This document shows, one piece after another, positions 52,505 through 64,000 of a DNA stretch of 64,000 nucleotides. The notes beneath the pieces were generated by a model. That model was given only the letters and a program-made list of their open reading frames with translations, was not told where the DNA came from and made no database searches. The stretch is taken from positions 9,486,001-9,550,000 of the forward strand of contig OZ024753.1 of NCBI GenBank assembly GCA_964016885.1. Reading direction: 5' to 3'. Numbering within the stretch: the first letter of the stretch is position 1; each line of letters opens with the position of its first letter. Made by a program: the position numbers and the translations under genes. This DNA is from Eledone cirrhosa (taxonomy: Eukaryota).

Positions 52505-53152
52505 TAATAATGACTTTCTAATTTAGGCACAAGGCCAGCAATTTTCTGGGAAAGGAAAGTTTTTTAAATTAACCTAGTGTGTTACTGGTACTTTATTTTA
52601 TTGACCCTGTAATGATGATTTCTAGTATAGGCACAAGGCCTGCAATTATGAGGAGGGGGGAAAGTCGATTAAATCGACCCCAGTGCGTTACTGGTGCTTT
52701 ATTTTATCGACCCCGTAAGGATGAAGGGCAAAGTTAACCTCGGCGGGATTTGAACTCAGACTGTAAAGGGTCGTAACTCTATGCTGCAAAGCATGGTGTC
52801 CGACCCTCTACCGATACTGCCAATCCACCGCCCTATTGACCCTGTAATGATGAAAGGCAAAGATTTGAACTCAGACTGTAAAGGGCCGTAACTCTATGCT
52901 ACAAAGCATGTTGTCCGACGCTCTTCCGATACTGCCAACCCACTGCCGTTATTTTTCTTCTAAATAATTGTTTCTACTTTTGGCACAAGGCCAGCAATTA
53001 CCCCAGTGCGTTACTGGTACTTTATTTTATCGACACCGCAAAGACGAAAGGCAAAACTAGCCTTGGTGGGATTTGAACTCAGAATGTACAGGGCCGTAAC
53101 TCTCTGCAGAAAAGCATGGTGTCTGACGCTCTACCGATAGTGCTAATCCATC
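52505..53152 (-). mobile_element. Nested cluster of SINE family B copies
   Basis: Consensus repeats; tattgaccctgtaatgatga duplicated at about 52599 and 52834 around an inner full copy (TSD-like). Confidence 0.85.
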
Positions 53153-53499
53153 TAAATAATATCAAGATACTTGCTGTTATCACACTAAAGGAGTTACAAA
53201 GTGAGTGACATATATATATGTGTGTGTGTATACACTATATATATATATATATAGAAGAGCTACAGGACTAGAACTGTTTCATTCGTGAGAAATCATATAT
53301 ATATATATATAGTGGTAAAAAACCAAGAGGTTATATCCATTGTTGGTAGAGTACTCAGTCCAGAGGATGAGTTCGCTATAGAGTTAGTTCCACAATAAAT
53401 TAGCAAACCATACTCAAAGATAAGCGTTTCACCCACCTATGGTCTTTAAAAACTTTGTTAAAAACATTAGTACTAGTATTTCTAATCTGTCTTCTGACA

Positions 53500-53745
53500 A
53501 GTCGAATGAATCAACAGCAAGTCAAAACATATGTAGGTATGTCGAAGGGCCCATATAAAGATTGCTTTCTTAGACACCCTGATAAGCGATCGTCCACAAA
53601 GCTGGCACGCCACATATGGTCACTCAAAGATGCATACGTGAATTTCTTCATTCAATGGAAAGTTCTGACCAGATCCAGGCCATATGGAAGTGGAGCAATG
53701 TCCTGTAAACTGTGTATTGATGAAAGAATGAATATCTTAGAGCTC
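53500..53745 (+). pseudogene. Penelope-like GIY-YIG C-terminal fragment
   Basis: TYVGMS.GPYK..RHPDKRSSTKLARHIWSLKD..IQWKVL..SRPY..CKLCIDERMNIL. Confidence 0.85.
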
Positions 53746-53894
53746 ATATATACTTCTATTCTCACCACAGCCATATTCGGGTTGAAAATCCGTCCGGTGA
53801 AACACATGTCCTTGCATATGGTTAAGTAATTTGTAGTGGAAATATATATGTATATATATATACATCTTTCCCTCTTTCTCTCTCATCTATTTAG

Positions 53895-53953
<59 letters not shown>

Positions 53954-53976
53954 GGAAACTCTGCTTCGTAGAATCG

Positions 53977-54073
53977 AGACATATCTGAGGATCTTACGAT
54001 TTCAGAGTCAGGTTTGACCATTGCATCGATTGGGCCTCGAGCTGGTCGCCAGAGAAACGATTGTAATATGTCT
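53977..54073 (+). ncRNA. Type I hammerhead ribozyme motif with intact core and long helix II
   Basis: agacatat-CTGAGGA-tct...aga-GAAAC-gatt-GTA-atatgtct: perfect 8-bp helix I; AATAAA at 54074; predicted cut after 54065. Confidence 0.8.
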
Positions 54074-54118
54074 AATAAATCTTATTCGTCGCACCACTGA
54101 TTCTCCGTTTCTTATGTG

Positions 54119-54164
<46 letters not shown>

Positions 54165-54564
54165 TTATTTTTATATTTTTATTTTATTTATATAATGTGT
54201 ATATATATAATTCTTCCTGCCTCTCTGTAGAGCTATTATCTAACTGTCAATCTAACTATCTATATACCTGTCCACCTATCTGGAAATCCATCAATCTATT
54301 CCTCCATTCACTTGTTTACATCTTCATCTATTTTTACCCCTGTCACTATAGAAAAATGTCCAAGTTAAGTTCTTTAAAAATAAAACAACTGAATGACATA
54401 GATATTTCTTAAAATTAGATGCCCCAGATATTAATTCTTTTATCATTGTCAGAATTGGTAAAGGACCTTGTTATGTTTATATTGGTATATTTAATCAAGG
54501 CCCTTTATGTTCTAAGCTCAAATCTTACTTCACATATGCCATGTATCGATAAAATAAGAACCAG

Positions 54565-55201
54565 TTAACCCTTTAATGTTCAAACCGGCCAGAATTCTCT
54601 ACCTTTTTCTGTTGAAACTGGCTGTAACTGGTCACTCAAACTGACGTTAAGGTATTGTTCTCAAAATAAATACTTTCAAAATCTCATAGATTCGATATTA
54701 TGTGAGGTAAAGCCTTTACCATGAAAATATAATAGTATATATAGAGTAATGTGAATGTTATGTGAGATATTATGTGAGGTAAAGCATTTACCATGAAAAT
54801 ATAATAGTATATATAGAGTAATGTGAATGTTATGTGAGATATTATGTGAGGTAAAGCCTTTATCATGAAAATATAATAGTATATATAGAGTAATGTGAAT
54901 GTTGTGTGAGATATTATGTGAGGTAAAGACTTTACCATGAAAATACAATAGTATATATAGAGTAATGTGAATGTTATGTGAGATATTATGTGAGGTAAAG
55001 CATTTACCATGAAAATATAATAGTATATATAGAGTAATGTGAATGTTATGTGAGATATTATGTGAGGTAAAGCATTTACCATGAAAATATAATAGTATAT
55101 ATAGAGTAATGTGAATGTTATGTGAGATATTATGTGAGGTAAAGCCTTTACCATGAAAATATAATAGTATATATAGAGTAATGTGAATGCTAAAGGGTTA
55201 A
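54565..55201. mobile_element. piggyBac-type MITE (opposite orientation) with an internal 72-bp x 7 array
   Basis: ttaaccctttaa ... gctaaagggttaa; gatattatgtgagg recurs at 54694, 54766, 54838 and on to 55126. Confidence 0.92.
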
Positions 55202-55234
55202 ATACTGGAATTCTTCCTCTTATTATTATTATTA

Positions 55235-55636
55235 AGGGTTGGCAGTATCGGCAGAGGGTCGGACGCCATGCTTTCCAGCATAGTTACGTCCCTTTATGAT
55301 CTGAGTTCAAATCCCGCCGAGGTTGACTTTGCCTTTCATCCTTACGGGGTCGATAAAATAAAGTACCAGTAATGTACTGGGTAATTGCTGGCCTTGTGCC
55401 TAAAGTAGAAACAATTATTATTAAGGGTGGTGGATTGGCAGTATCGGCAGAGCGTCGGATACCGTGCTTTGCAGCATAGAGTTATGGTCCTTTATGTTCT
55501 GAGTTCAAATCCCATTGAGGTTAACTTTGCCTTTCATCCTTACGGGGTTGATAAAATAAAGTACCAGTAATGCACTGGGGTCAATTTAATTGACCTCCCT
55601 TTCCCTAAAATTGTTGGCCTTGTGCCTAAATCAGTT
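55235..55636 (+). mobile_element. Two tandem SINE family B copies
   Basis: A box tggcagtatcgg, B box gagttcaaatcc, consensus tail. Confidence 0.88.
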
Positions 55637-55637
55637 G

Positions 55638-55678
<41 letters not shown>

Positions 55679-55698
55679 GGTGGTAGCAGGAGCAGTAA

Positions 55699-55729
<31 letters not shown>

Positions 55730-55855
55730 AGTAGCAGGAACAGTAGTAGTAGTAGTAGTGGTGGTGGTGGTAGTAGCAGGAACAGTAATAGTAGTAGTAG
55801 TAGTGGTGGTGGTGGTGGTGGTGGTAGTAGTAGTGGTGGTGGTAGTAGCGGGAAC

Positions 55856-55918
<63 letters not shown>

Positions 55919-55947
55919 GGTGGTAGTAGCAGGAACAGTAATAGTAA

Positions 55948-55979
<32 letters not shown>

Positions 55980-56059
55980 ATAGTAGTAGTAGTAGTAATA
56001 AAAGCAGAAGAAGAAATGTCAGAGAGAAATGTCAGCATTTCTGTGAACTTGATGTTGTG

Positions 56060-56245
56060 GTCTTCCTCTATATGTGGGGCAGAGTATCTGTGTTTAGCAG
56101 CAGCAGCGTTATCCCTAATATGGGAACAGTACTCCATTGTGGGTCCCAGTCTGAAATACTTCCTAGCTCTGTATAGGAAAACCCATCTTTGAGAAGAAAA
56201 GTTCATTTTAACCTTCTTGGTGCTGCGGGCGACTGAATGCACCGA
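56060..56245 (-). pseudogene. Degenerate CR1/L2-like LINE fragment (post-RT region)
   Basis: SVARST.K..VFLYRARKYF..PTMEYCSHI resembles the CR1-group L.FL.R...F...RP.MEYCS.IW motif. Confidence 0.6.
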
Positions 56246-58529
56246 TAGAGTAATTTCCCCTTAATACAGTATCAAGGGAAGTAATCCATAAAATAAATTC
56301 AGTCACCAGAAGGTTAAGAAGGAAAACCTATCTTTGATATGTACTTTTTACTATGTTGAGAATATAGTTTTTCATTCAATTGCTCTAAAATTTACAAATT
56401 GAAATGCACTGAATTTAAGATATTATTCCAAAAAGTATATTAGATTTGTACACTGATCAAACATGATTTGCCTTTCTCCAGCGAAAGTTAATGAAAATAC
56501 AGAAAAAGGAAATGAACAAAAATAAAAAATAAAAATTTAAAATAAAAATTTTTTTTTAAAAATACAGCTAAATAAAACTTAATAAAATCTAACAAAATTT
56601 TGACATAAAATTCTAAACTCTTGTGATTCAGCAATAAAATTGTGTGTGTTTTTTTTTTAAACAAGTGAAATTGTATTCTATCAGATTATCAACAATAGTA
56701 ATTAGAAAAATCCCATTGCAATCTACGTATTAAAGATGATAGATTTTATCAAACATGTTGTGGTAATATGACAACTGGTACGCACTTGAAAAGTTTTTAA
56801 AAAAAAGAAAAGACAAACATAGAAAGAAAAATAAATATATAAAATTCAAAAAAGAGGGGAAATAAAAAAAATAGTTCAGCAGTTAATTTATTTGTCAATT
56901 TTGGTCTCATCGTTGGTTGCCTTGATTTTTTTCAATTATTTTAATTTTTTTAAATAATTTTTTTGGATTTAGATTCTTGATACTATCGTAAAGAATAATT
57001 CATTTACTGTAAATGAAGTTTACACAAACTAATTTGGTTCTTCGTTTGTTGTTATTTTTTAACATAAATTTCCAGGATTTTACTTTTTACTTATTTTCTT
57101 TCATTTATTAGTATTTATTTTTTACTTTGATTTGTTATTAAATATTTGCATATTTTATGTTGCTTTATACAAACATTTTTCGGGGTTAAAACTAAAGTGC
57201 TCTAGCTGCTTTCCTTTTAATTATCCTATCGGTTCCATTCCAAAGGTTTTATAGTTTCATTTATGATGATTTCTCATTAAAGAATACACTTTTCCTATAG
57301 CAAATGTAGTTTAGCGAAAATGGGAAATGCAAACACGAAACACATTCCTTTTAATATGATAACATTAAAGTTTTGACTTTTAATTCAAAATTTTTGTTTT
57401 TCTTTTTTGTTTTGATTTATTTGGTTCTTTTTGGGGGTTTTTTTTGTTTGTTGTTTTTGTTTTGTTTTTTTCCACCATGAAATTTATTGTCATTGACTGG
57501 AAACTCTTTTTCTTTAAATATCTTATGATCTCACTAGAATAACAAATACCTCAGAAACATATTACTACTGCTGCTGCTGCTACTACTACTACTACAACGG
57601 CGACTACTACTACTACGACTATTGCTACTACTACTACTACTACTGCTGCTACTTCTACTATCGCTACTACTACTACTACTACTACTACTACTGCTACTAT
57701 TGCTATGACTACTACTACTACTGCTGCTACTTCTACTACTACTATTGCTACTACTACTACTACTGCTACTACTACTACTGCTGCTACTTCTACTACTACT
57801 ATTGCTACTACTACTACTACTGCTACTACTACTACTGCTACTATTGCTACTATTGCTACTACTACTACTACTACTGCTACTTCTACTACTACTATCACTA
57901 CTACTACTACTGCTACTATTGCTACTACTACTGCTGCTACTTCTACTACTACTATTGCTACTACTACTACTACTACTACTACTGCTACTACTACTGATGA
58001 TGATGATGATGATGATGATATCTAACAATAATGTTAATGCACAAATCTGTTGACATGATCAGCATGTAACTCTGTTGTATCAATAATAAGGATGATAATG
58101 ATAATGGTGATAATGATGATGATGATGATGATGAGGAGGAGAAGGAAAAGGAGGAAGGGAAGAGGATGTGTTGGGAGGATGGAGAAGTGAGGGAGGGGAG
58201 GGAAAGGGCGATTACTGGGAAAGGGGAGGAGGACAGGTGAAAGTACATTAGCTGTTCTGAGAGAATTTTGTGCATAAAATTCCATCCCTCCCTCAAGAAA
58301 CTGTTTTCATTATAAATTTCTGGAAATAAATATGTCACTGGTAGGGAAAATATGACAATCAATAATTTGTGATGGATGACAGAAAGGGATGACAGAACGG
58401 GATGACACCAATGGACAGGTTTCATTGGGGTTTTACAATGCTAGCTTATACATCTTACATCTTACAATACTTGCCATAATTTAAACTGTAGCAGTTATTG
58501 ATAACACAAATGCCAAAATATTTTGGGAT

Positions 58530-60945
58530 GTCATCATTGTCATTGTTTAACGTCCATCTTCCACGCTAGCATGGCTTAGACAGTTTTGTTCCATTCGATG
58601 CGGAATTGGTCGGGAGACCGTGTCTCGTTCATACGGAAGTGTCTTTGGCAGATTTTCTACGACTGGATGCCCTTCCTAACACCAACCACTCTTACAGTGT
58701 GGACTGGGAGCCTTTTTACCGTGTCTCCTACATGACTACTTTAGAGTGTGGACTGGGAGCCTTTTTCTCCTACATGACCACTTTACATTGTGGACTGGGA
58801 GACTTTTTACCATGTCTCCTACATGACTACTTTACAGTGTGGACTGGGAGACTTTTTACTGTGTCTCCTACATGACTACTTTACAGTGTGGACTGGGAGC
58901 CTTTTTCTCCTACATGACCACTTTACAGTGTGGACTGGGAGACTTTTTACCATGTCTCCTACATGACCACTTTACAGTGTGGACTGGGAGCCTTTTTCTC
59001 CTACATGACCACTTTACATTGTGGACTGGGAGACTTTTTACCATGTCTCCTACATGACCACTTTACAGTGTGGACTGGGAGACTTTTTACTGTGTCTCCT
59101 ACATGACTACTTTAGAGTGTGGACTGGGAGCCTTTTTCTCCTACATGACCACTTTACATTGTGGACTGGGAGACTTTTTACCATGTCTCCTACATGACTA
59201 CTTTACAGTGTGGACTGGGAGCCTTTTTACTGTGTCTCCTACATGACTACTTTACAGTGTGGACTGGGAGCCTTTTTCTCCTACATGACCACTTTACAGT
59301 GTGGACTGGGAGACTTTTTACCATGTCTCCTACACAACCACTTTACAGTGTGGACTGGGAGACTTTTTACTGTGTCTCCTACATGACTACTTTAGAGTGT
59401 GGACTGGGAGCCTTTTTCTCCTACATGACCACTTTACAGTGTGGACTGGGAGACTTTTTACCATGTCTCCTACATGACCACTTTACAGTGTGGACTGGGA
59501 GACTTTTTACTGTGTCCCCTACATAACTACTTTACAGTGTGGACTGGGAGACTTTTTACCATGTCTCCTACATGACTACTTTACAGTGTGGACTGGGAGC
59601 CTTTTTCTCCTACATGACCACTTTACATTGTGGACTGGGAGACTTTTTACCATGTCTCCTACACAACCACTTTACAGTGTGGACTGGGAGCCTTTTTACC
59701 GTGTCTTGTACACGACTACTTTACAGTGTGGACAGGGAGCCTTTTTACCATGTGTCCTACACGACCACTTTACAGTGTGGACTGGGAGCCTTTTTACTGT
59801 GTCTCCTACATGACTACTTTACATTGTGGACTGGGAGACTTTTTACCATGTCTCCTACACGACCACTTTACAGTGTGGACTGGGAGACTTTTTACTGTGT
59901 CCCCTACATGACTACTTTACAGTGTGGACTGGGAGCCTTTTTACCGTGTCTCCTACACGACCACTCTACAGTGTGGACTGGGAGCCTTTTTACTGTGTCC
60001 CCTACATGACTACTTTACAGTGTGGACTGGGAGCCTTTTTACCGTGTCTCCTACACGATCACTTTACAGTGTGGACTGGGAGCCTTTTTACCGTGTCTCC
60101 TACACGACCACTTTACAGTGTGGACTGGGAGCCTTTTTACTGTGTCCCCTACATGACTACTTTACAGTGTGGACTGGGAGCCTTTTTACCGTGTCTCCTA
60201 CATGACTACTTTACAGTGTGGACTGGCAGCCTTTTTACCATGTCTCCTACACGACTACTTTACAGTGTGGACTGGGAGCCTTTTTACTGTGTCCCCTACA
60301 TGACTACTTTACAGTGTGAACTGGGAGCCTTTTTACCATGTCTCCTACATGACTACTTTACAGTGTGGACTGGCAGCCTTTTTACCATGTCTCCTACATG
60401 ACCACTTTACAGTGTGGACAGGGAGTCTTTTTACCGTGTCTCCTTCATGACTACTTTACAGTGTGGATTGGGAGCATTTTTACCGTGTCTCCTATACGAC
60501 TACTTTAGTGTGTGGAGTGGGTGCTTTTTGTTGTGTCACCTACACAATGGATGGAAATGGGAGGATGGGGTAGGGTGTGTGGGGTGGGGTGTATATTGGG
60601 TTAAGAGGTGCCTACTGACTGTAGGTTTGTATGCAAGGGAAGGCAGGTCTTCTGTACAACTGTATAGCGCCAAAGATCTCGATCCAGTGACATTGTCTTA
60701 GAGAGGTGTAAGTGAACAAGGTCAGTTTTTATCACCTCATCCCAAGTTTTTCTTGGTCTACCCACTCAGTAGCTGCCATCAATTTTCATTGCTCTGCACT
60801 TTTTTATACAGCTGTCATCCTTCATACACATCACATGGCCATACCTACGCAATCTCCTCTCCATAATATTTGATACCTCTTATGCTTTGTCTCTCTCTCA
60901 ATTCGTTTATGCTTCACCGTTCATGCACATTACTACTACACATCC
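58530..60945 (-). mobile_element. RTE LINE 3' part with a 1.8-kb VNTR in the 3'UTR
   Basis: 60600-60945 is homologous to 2700-3060 (RRLR..GHVMCMKDDSCIKKCRAMKIDG..GRPRKTWDEV); tail at 58530-58600. Confidence 0.88.
58692..60510. repeat. Minisatellite of 49/42-bp units, about 38 copies
   Basis: ttacagtgtggactgggagcctttttaccgtgtctcctacatgactact and a variant with a 7-bp deletion. Confidence 0.95.
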
Positions 60946-60954
60946 GTATGTGTG

Positions 60955-61387
60955 CATACAAATAGACAGAGAGATGACACATTCAAAGCCTGACATGGTT
61001 GTGTGGTTGATAATAGAATGAATGGTATATTATTGATGTCAAATATCTAGTTAATAATAATTGGAAGGTGAAGTGAGTTGAAAAGCTGGACAATTATGGT
61101 AAATTGCAAGTTGAATTGAGTAGAATGTAGGGAAAAGAACTTACATTATAGCTATAGTTACAGAAATACTTGGATAAACACCAAAAGAAATTCACAGCTA
61201 TTTGAAAATACTTGATATAGTGCATGAAATAAATACACTACAGCATTCGGTTATTCTAGGTACTGCTGTTCATATATTCTGAAAAGACTGTCAACTATCT
61301 GATGAACAAAGACCAGTAAGTCTCCTCATCTTAACATTTCAACAACCTGACAAAGACTGGTTTAATAAAATCTTAGTGTTGTGAAAT

Positions 61388-61428
<41 letters not shown>
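60955..61428 (+). pseudogene. Degenerate R4/Dong-like REL fragment with a (TAA)n tail (not in the ORF track)
   Basis: IQIDREMTHSKPDMVV, WYIIDV, EKLDNYGKLQVELSRM, IIAIVTEILG and LQHSVILGTA, with stops and frameshifts. Confidence 0.75.
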
Positions 61429-61614
61429 TGTTTCTACTTTAGGCACAAGGCCAGCAATTATCCAGTGCATTACTGGTACTTTATTTTATCGACCCCGTAA
61501 GGATGAAAGGCAAAGTCAACCTCGGCAGGATTTGAACTCAGATCGTAAAGGGACGTAACTATGCTGGAAAGTATAGCGTCCGACCCTCTACTGATACTGC
61601 CAATCCACCGCCCC
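61391..61614 (-). mobile_element. SINE family B, full length
   Basis: Consensus match with (TAA)n tail. Confidence 0.88.
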
Positions 61615-61617
61615 TGA

Positions 61618-61995
61618 TTTCATTTATTAGCCACCAGGGCCGACATGTAGGGGACAATACAAAGACAGGGACAGTGGGGGTTTACAATAAGGTGGAGTAA
61701 AAATGCACAATGGCAAGACTAATTTAACAATGAAAATATAAAAATATAAAATAAACTATGCATAAATATAACAAAATAAATTCCCCGATAGGGGGGTGTA
61801 CGACCCTGGGGTGCTTCAGGTACCCCACCAATCCTGAACCACCCTGCGCTTCTAGGGCACCCAGGGACCCTCTCCTCAAGTTAGCTAGCCTATAAGCGCA
61901 TGGTCAGAGTAGGCCCATTCACACAAGCCATTCTCGCCACATTCACCCACCTTTTAGCAAATGTACTGGGGGGGGGGGACACCACTTCTCTCTCC
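61618..61995 (-). mobile_element. L1/Tx1-clade 3' fragment
   Basis: Minus strand PSTFAKRWVNVARMACVNGPTLTMRL* matches PSKFYERWVKVARMARVNGPSLYISL* at 36817-36898; ends ggtggctaataaatgaaa. Confidence 0.8.
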
Positions 61996-62007
61996 ATAAT
62001 AATAATG

Positions 62008-62602
62008 GATAGAGGCATGATATAATAGGAAAGGTGATTCACTGGCATCTATGCAAACTAAATAATTTACCACATTCTGAGAAGTGGTATGAGCAAAAGC
62101 CAGAGTTGGTGATAGAAAACGATCAAGTGAAGGTGCTATGGGATTTCAGGATACAGACAGACAAGAAATTAGAACACAATAGGCCTGATCTGGTGGTTTT
62201 GGACAAGGAAAAAAGATTGTGCCTGATTGTAGATGTAGCCTGCCTCTTTGACACAAGAGTGCAAGAAAAGGAGGAGAAAATTAGCCGATACCAGGACTTA
62301 AAGCGGGAGTTAAAAATGATTTGGGACTGCCATGAGATCAAAGTCGTCCCGATTGTCATAGGAGCACTAGGTACTATCTCAAAGAGTTTTCAAGGATGGT
62401 TAAAGAACATTAGTCCAGTCCCCTTTTTTGGAATACTTCGAAAGGCATGCTTGCTGGGAACAGCAAGAACCCAGCAATATGTTCTGAATATCTGAGGCTG
62501 GAGGTAGCAGCTTGATGTTTATTTGAACAAACTTTCCAGTTAAATAACATCAATTACTGAGACTCCAAGACTAATAATAATAACAATAATAATAACAATA
62601 AT
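62008..62602 (+). mobile_element. 5'-truncated R4/Dong-like element with an open REL domain
   Basis: RHDIIGKVIHWHLC..VLWDFRIQTD..NRPDLVV..IVDVA..EKISRYQDL..VPIVIGALG; (TAA)n on both sides. Confidence 0.92.
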
Positions 62603-62677
62603 ATCAAGTGTGTCAGGAATAAATGCAATCGGCAGATACAAACAAATGAAGGAATTATAAAGGTGAATTAATTCTCT

Positions 62678-62945
62678 ATTAGAGGATTATTCCAAAGAGA
62701 TTAATTTTCACTCCTTTTCTGCCTTTAACAAACTTGTTAAACCAGGCTGCATATGGAAACAAGTATTATGAGAGGATAATCAGCCATCTTTTGTAAATGG
62801 ATGATATGAAGTTGTACACTGCAGTTGATAAACTAGAAACACTGCTACAAACAATACATGGATTTACTAGAAGATTTCATAAGGAATTCAGCTTAGGATA
62901 ATCTGTCAAAGCAACAATGAAGACAAGAAAACTAATTAAAGATAC
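62678..62945 (+). pseudogene. Degenerate R4/Dong-like reverse transcriptase core (not in the ORF track)
   Basis: IRGLFQRD*FSLLFCL (cf. RGIFQGDSLSPLLF), ISHLL*MDDMKLY (YMDD motif), KEFSLG*SVKA (cf. MEFGLDKCAK). Confidence 0.8.
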
Positions 62946-63570
62946 TGAAGTAATATTAAACATAAGAGAATCAGACTAAATGGAAACATACAAATTAGTA
63001 AACTCGATGGAGTGCAATACACACAAAGGAAAAAATTGAAGAAATTCGGGTGTCACAATTAAATGTACCCAGTATGTATGTATGGACCCATAACTCCCGA
63101 GGGAGTCGTAGGGGTACCATATTGATATATGATATTTCGAGCGCAATTTTTAAACCTGACAGAGCTCATTTACTTTCCAGGTCTGAATACATCAGATTTC
63201 TTCCAGAGAAGGATAGAGAGTGAGAAAATAGGAATGAGGGAGAAATATAGAGGCAGAAATGACCACAGTACTAGACTAGTACTTTTTAATCGACCTCGAA
63301 TGGATGGAAGGCAAAGTTGACCTCTTCCTAACATCAGCCAATTTACAGGCAGTACAGGGTACACCCTGTAAATTGTCTGATGTTAGGAAGAACATCCAGT
63401 CATAGAATCCATGCTGGAAATAGAATGGACAAGCAAGGTATATGACCCACTGATTCATCAAGTAAGGAATAACTCTGAATAAAAAGTGACTGGGATCACG
63501 ACATCTCATCCAACCCATGCCAACATGGAAAGTGGAGGTAAAAGGATGATGAGAGACTGCTGTCCTCATT

Positions 63571-63767
63571 TATGAGGGTTGGCTGAAAAGGTCATAGGCT
63601 GAACTAAATGAAATAACTAAATGAGGTTTATTTTTCAACATAGTCCCTGGAAAGAAACAATGCAGTTATTAATAAGAAGAGTTGTTGCAATTAATGCATG
63701 CAAGATTTCACAGCCCTAACATCACTCCTTCATAGTTAGCATATGGATTTTTCAGCTGACCCTTGTA
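63571..63767. mobile_element. Mariner-type MITE
   Basis: Imperfect TIR of about 30 bp with TA ends: tatgagggttggctgaaaaggtcataggct vs reverse complement tacaagggtcagctgaaaaatccatatgct. Confidence 0.75.
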
Positions 63768-64000
63768 TTTAATATCATAAATCTAAGATTAGTCCCCAAT
63801 ACCCACCCACCTCCCCACCCCCCAATACAAAAAATTAAAAAATAAAATAAAATATACATGAAAATTAGTCAATATTAAATTTTCCATTGTGCCATTTTGA
63901 TAGCGAAAATATAAATATAATCAAAGAACATTCATATTCAACATAATTTATTTATTCTAATGGCAGTAAAATCCGAATTAACAATCCTAAAATTAGTCCC

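Noticed and set aside
53255-53296. Minus-strand atga..gaaacagttcta partial hammerhead (similar at 51140-51165)
   Set aside because: The CUGA part is missing, truncated by a microsatellite; too incomplete to call
56330-57530. 1.2-kb AT-rich stretch free of recognisable repeats (possible UTR or regulatory DNA)
   Set aside because: No positive sequence evidence for function
58692-60510. CRISPR-like array (also 5130, 40487, 54694)
   Set aside because: Units are contiguous tandem repeats without unique spacers; eukaryotic context and no cas genes

Overview
AT-rich, extremely repeat-dense eukaryotic DNA, probably intergenic or intronic. The mix of (TA)n/(CA)n/(TGA)n/(TAA)n microsatellites and tRNA-CORE-type SINEs suggests a cephalopod (Octopus-like) genome; this is inference only. 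No host protein-coding gene can be supported, and most ORFs in the track are translated microsatellites. The window contains fragments of RTE, R4/Dong-like (REL endonuclease), L1/Tx1, CR1/L2-like and Penelope-like (GIY-YIG) retroelements. It also holds at least two tRNA-derived SINE heads with interchangeable tails, piggyBac-, pogo- and mariner-type MITEs, a non-autonomous Helitron and several kb-scale minisatellites. The main observations are: (1) about 11 type I hammerhead-ribozyme motifs from several unrelated families, three with intact cores and good helix I pairing (4357-4400, 19958-20040, 53977-54073); (2) recurrent fold-back hairpins at truncated element ends next to (TA)n; (3) a 48-49 bp RTE/SINE 3'UTR unit that expands into arrays of 1 to about 38 copies; (4) R4/Dong elements repeatedly abutting the (TAA)n tail of one SINE family. 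All calls were made by eye with no database searches, and boundaries are approximate.
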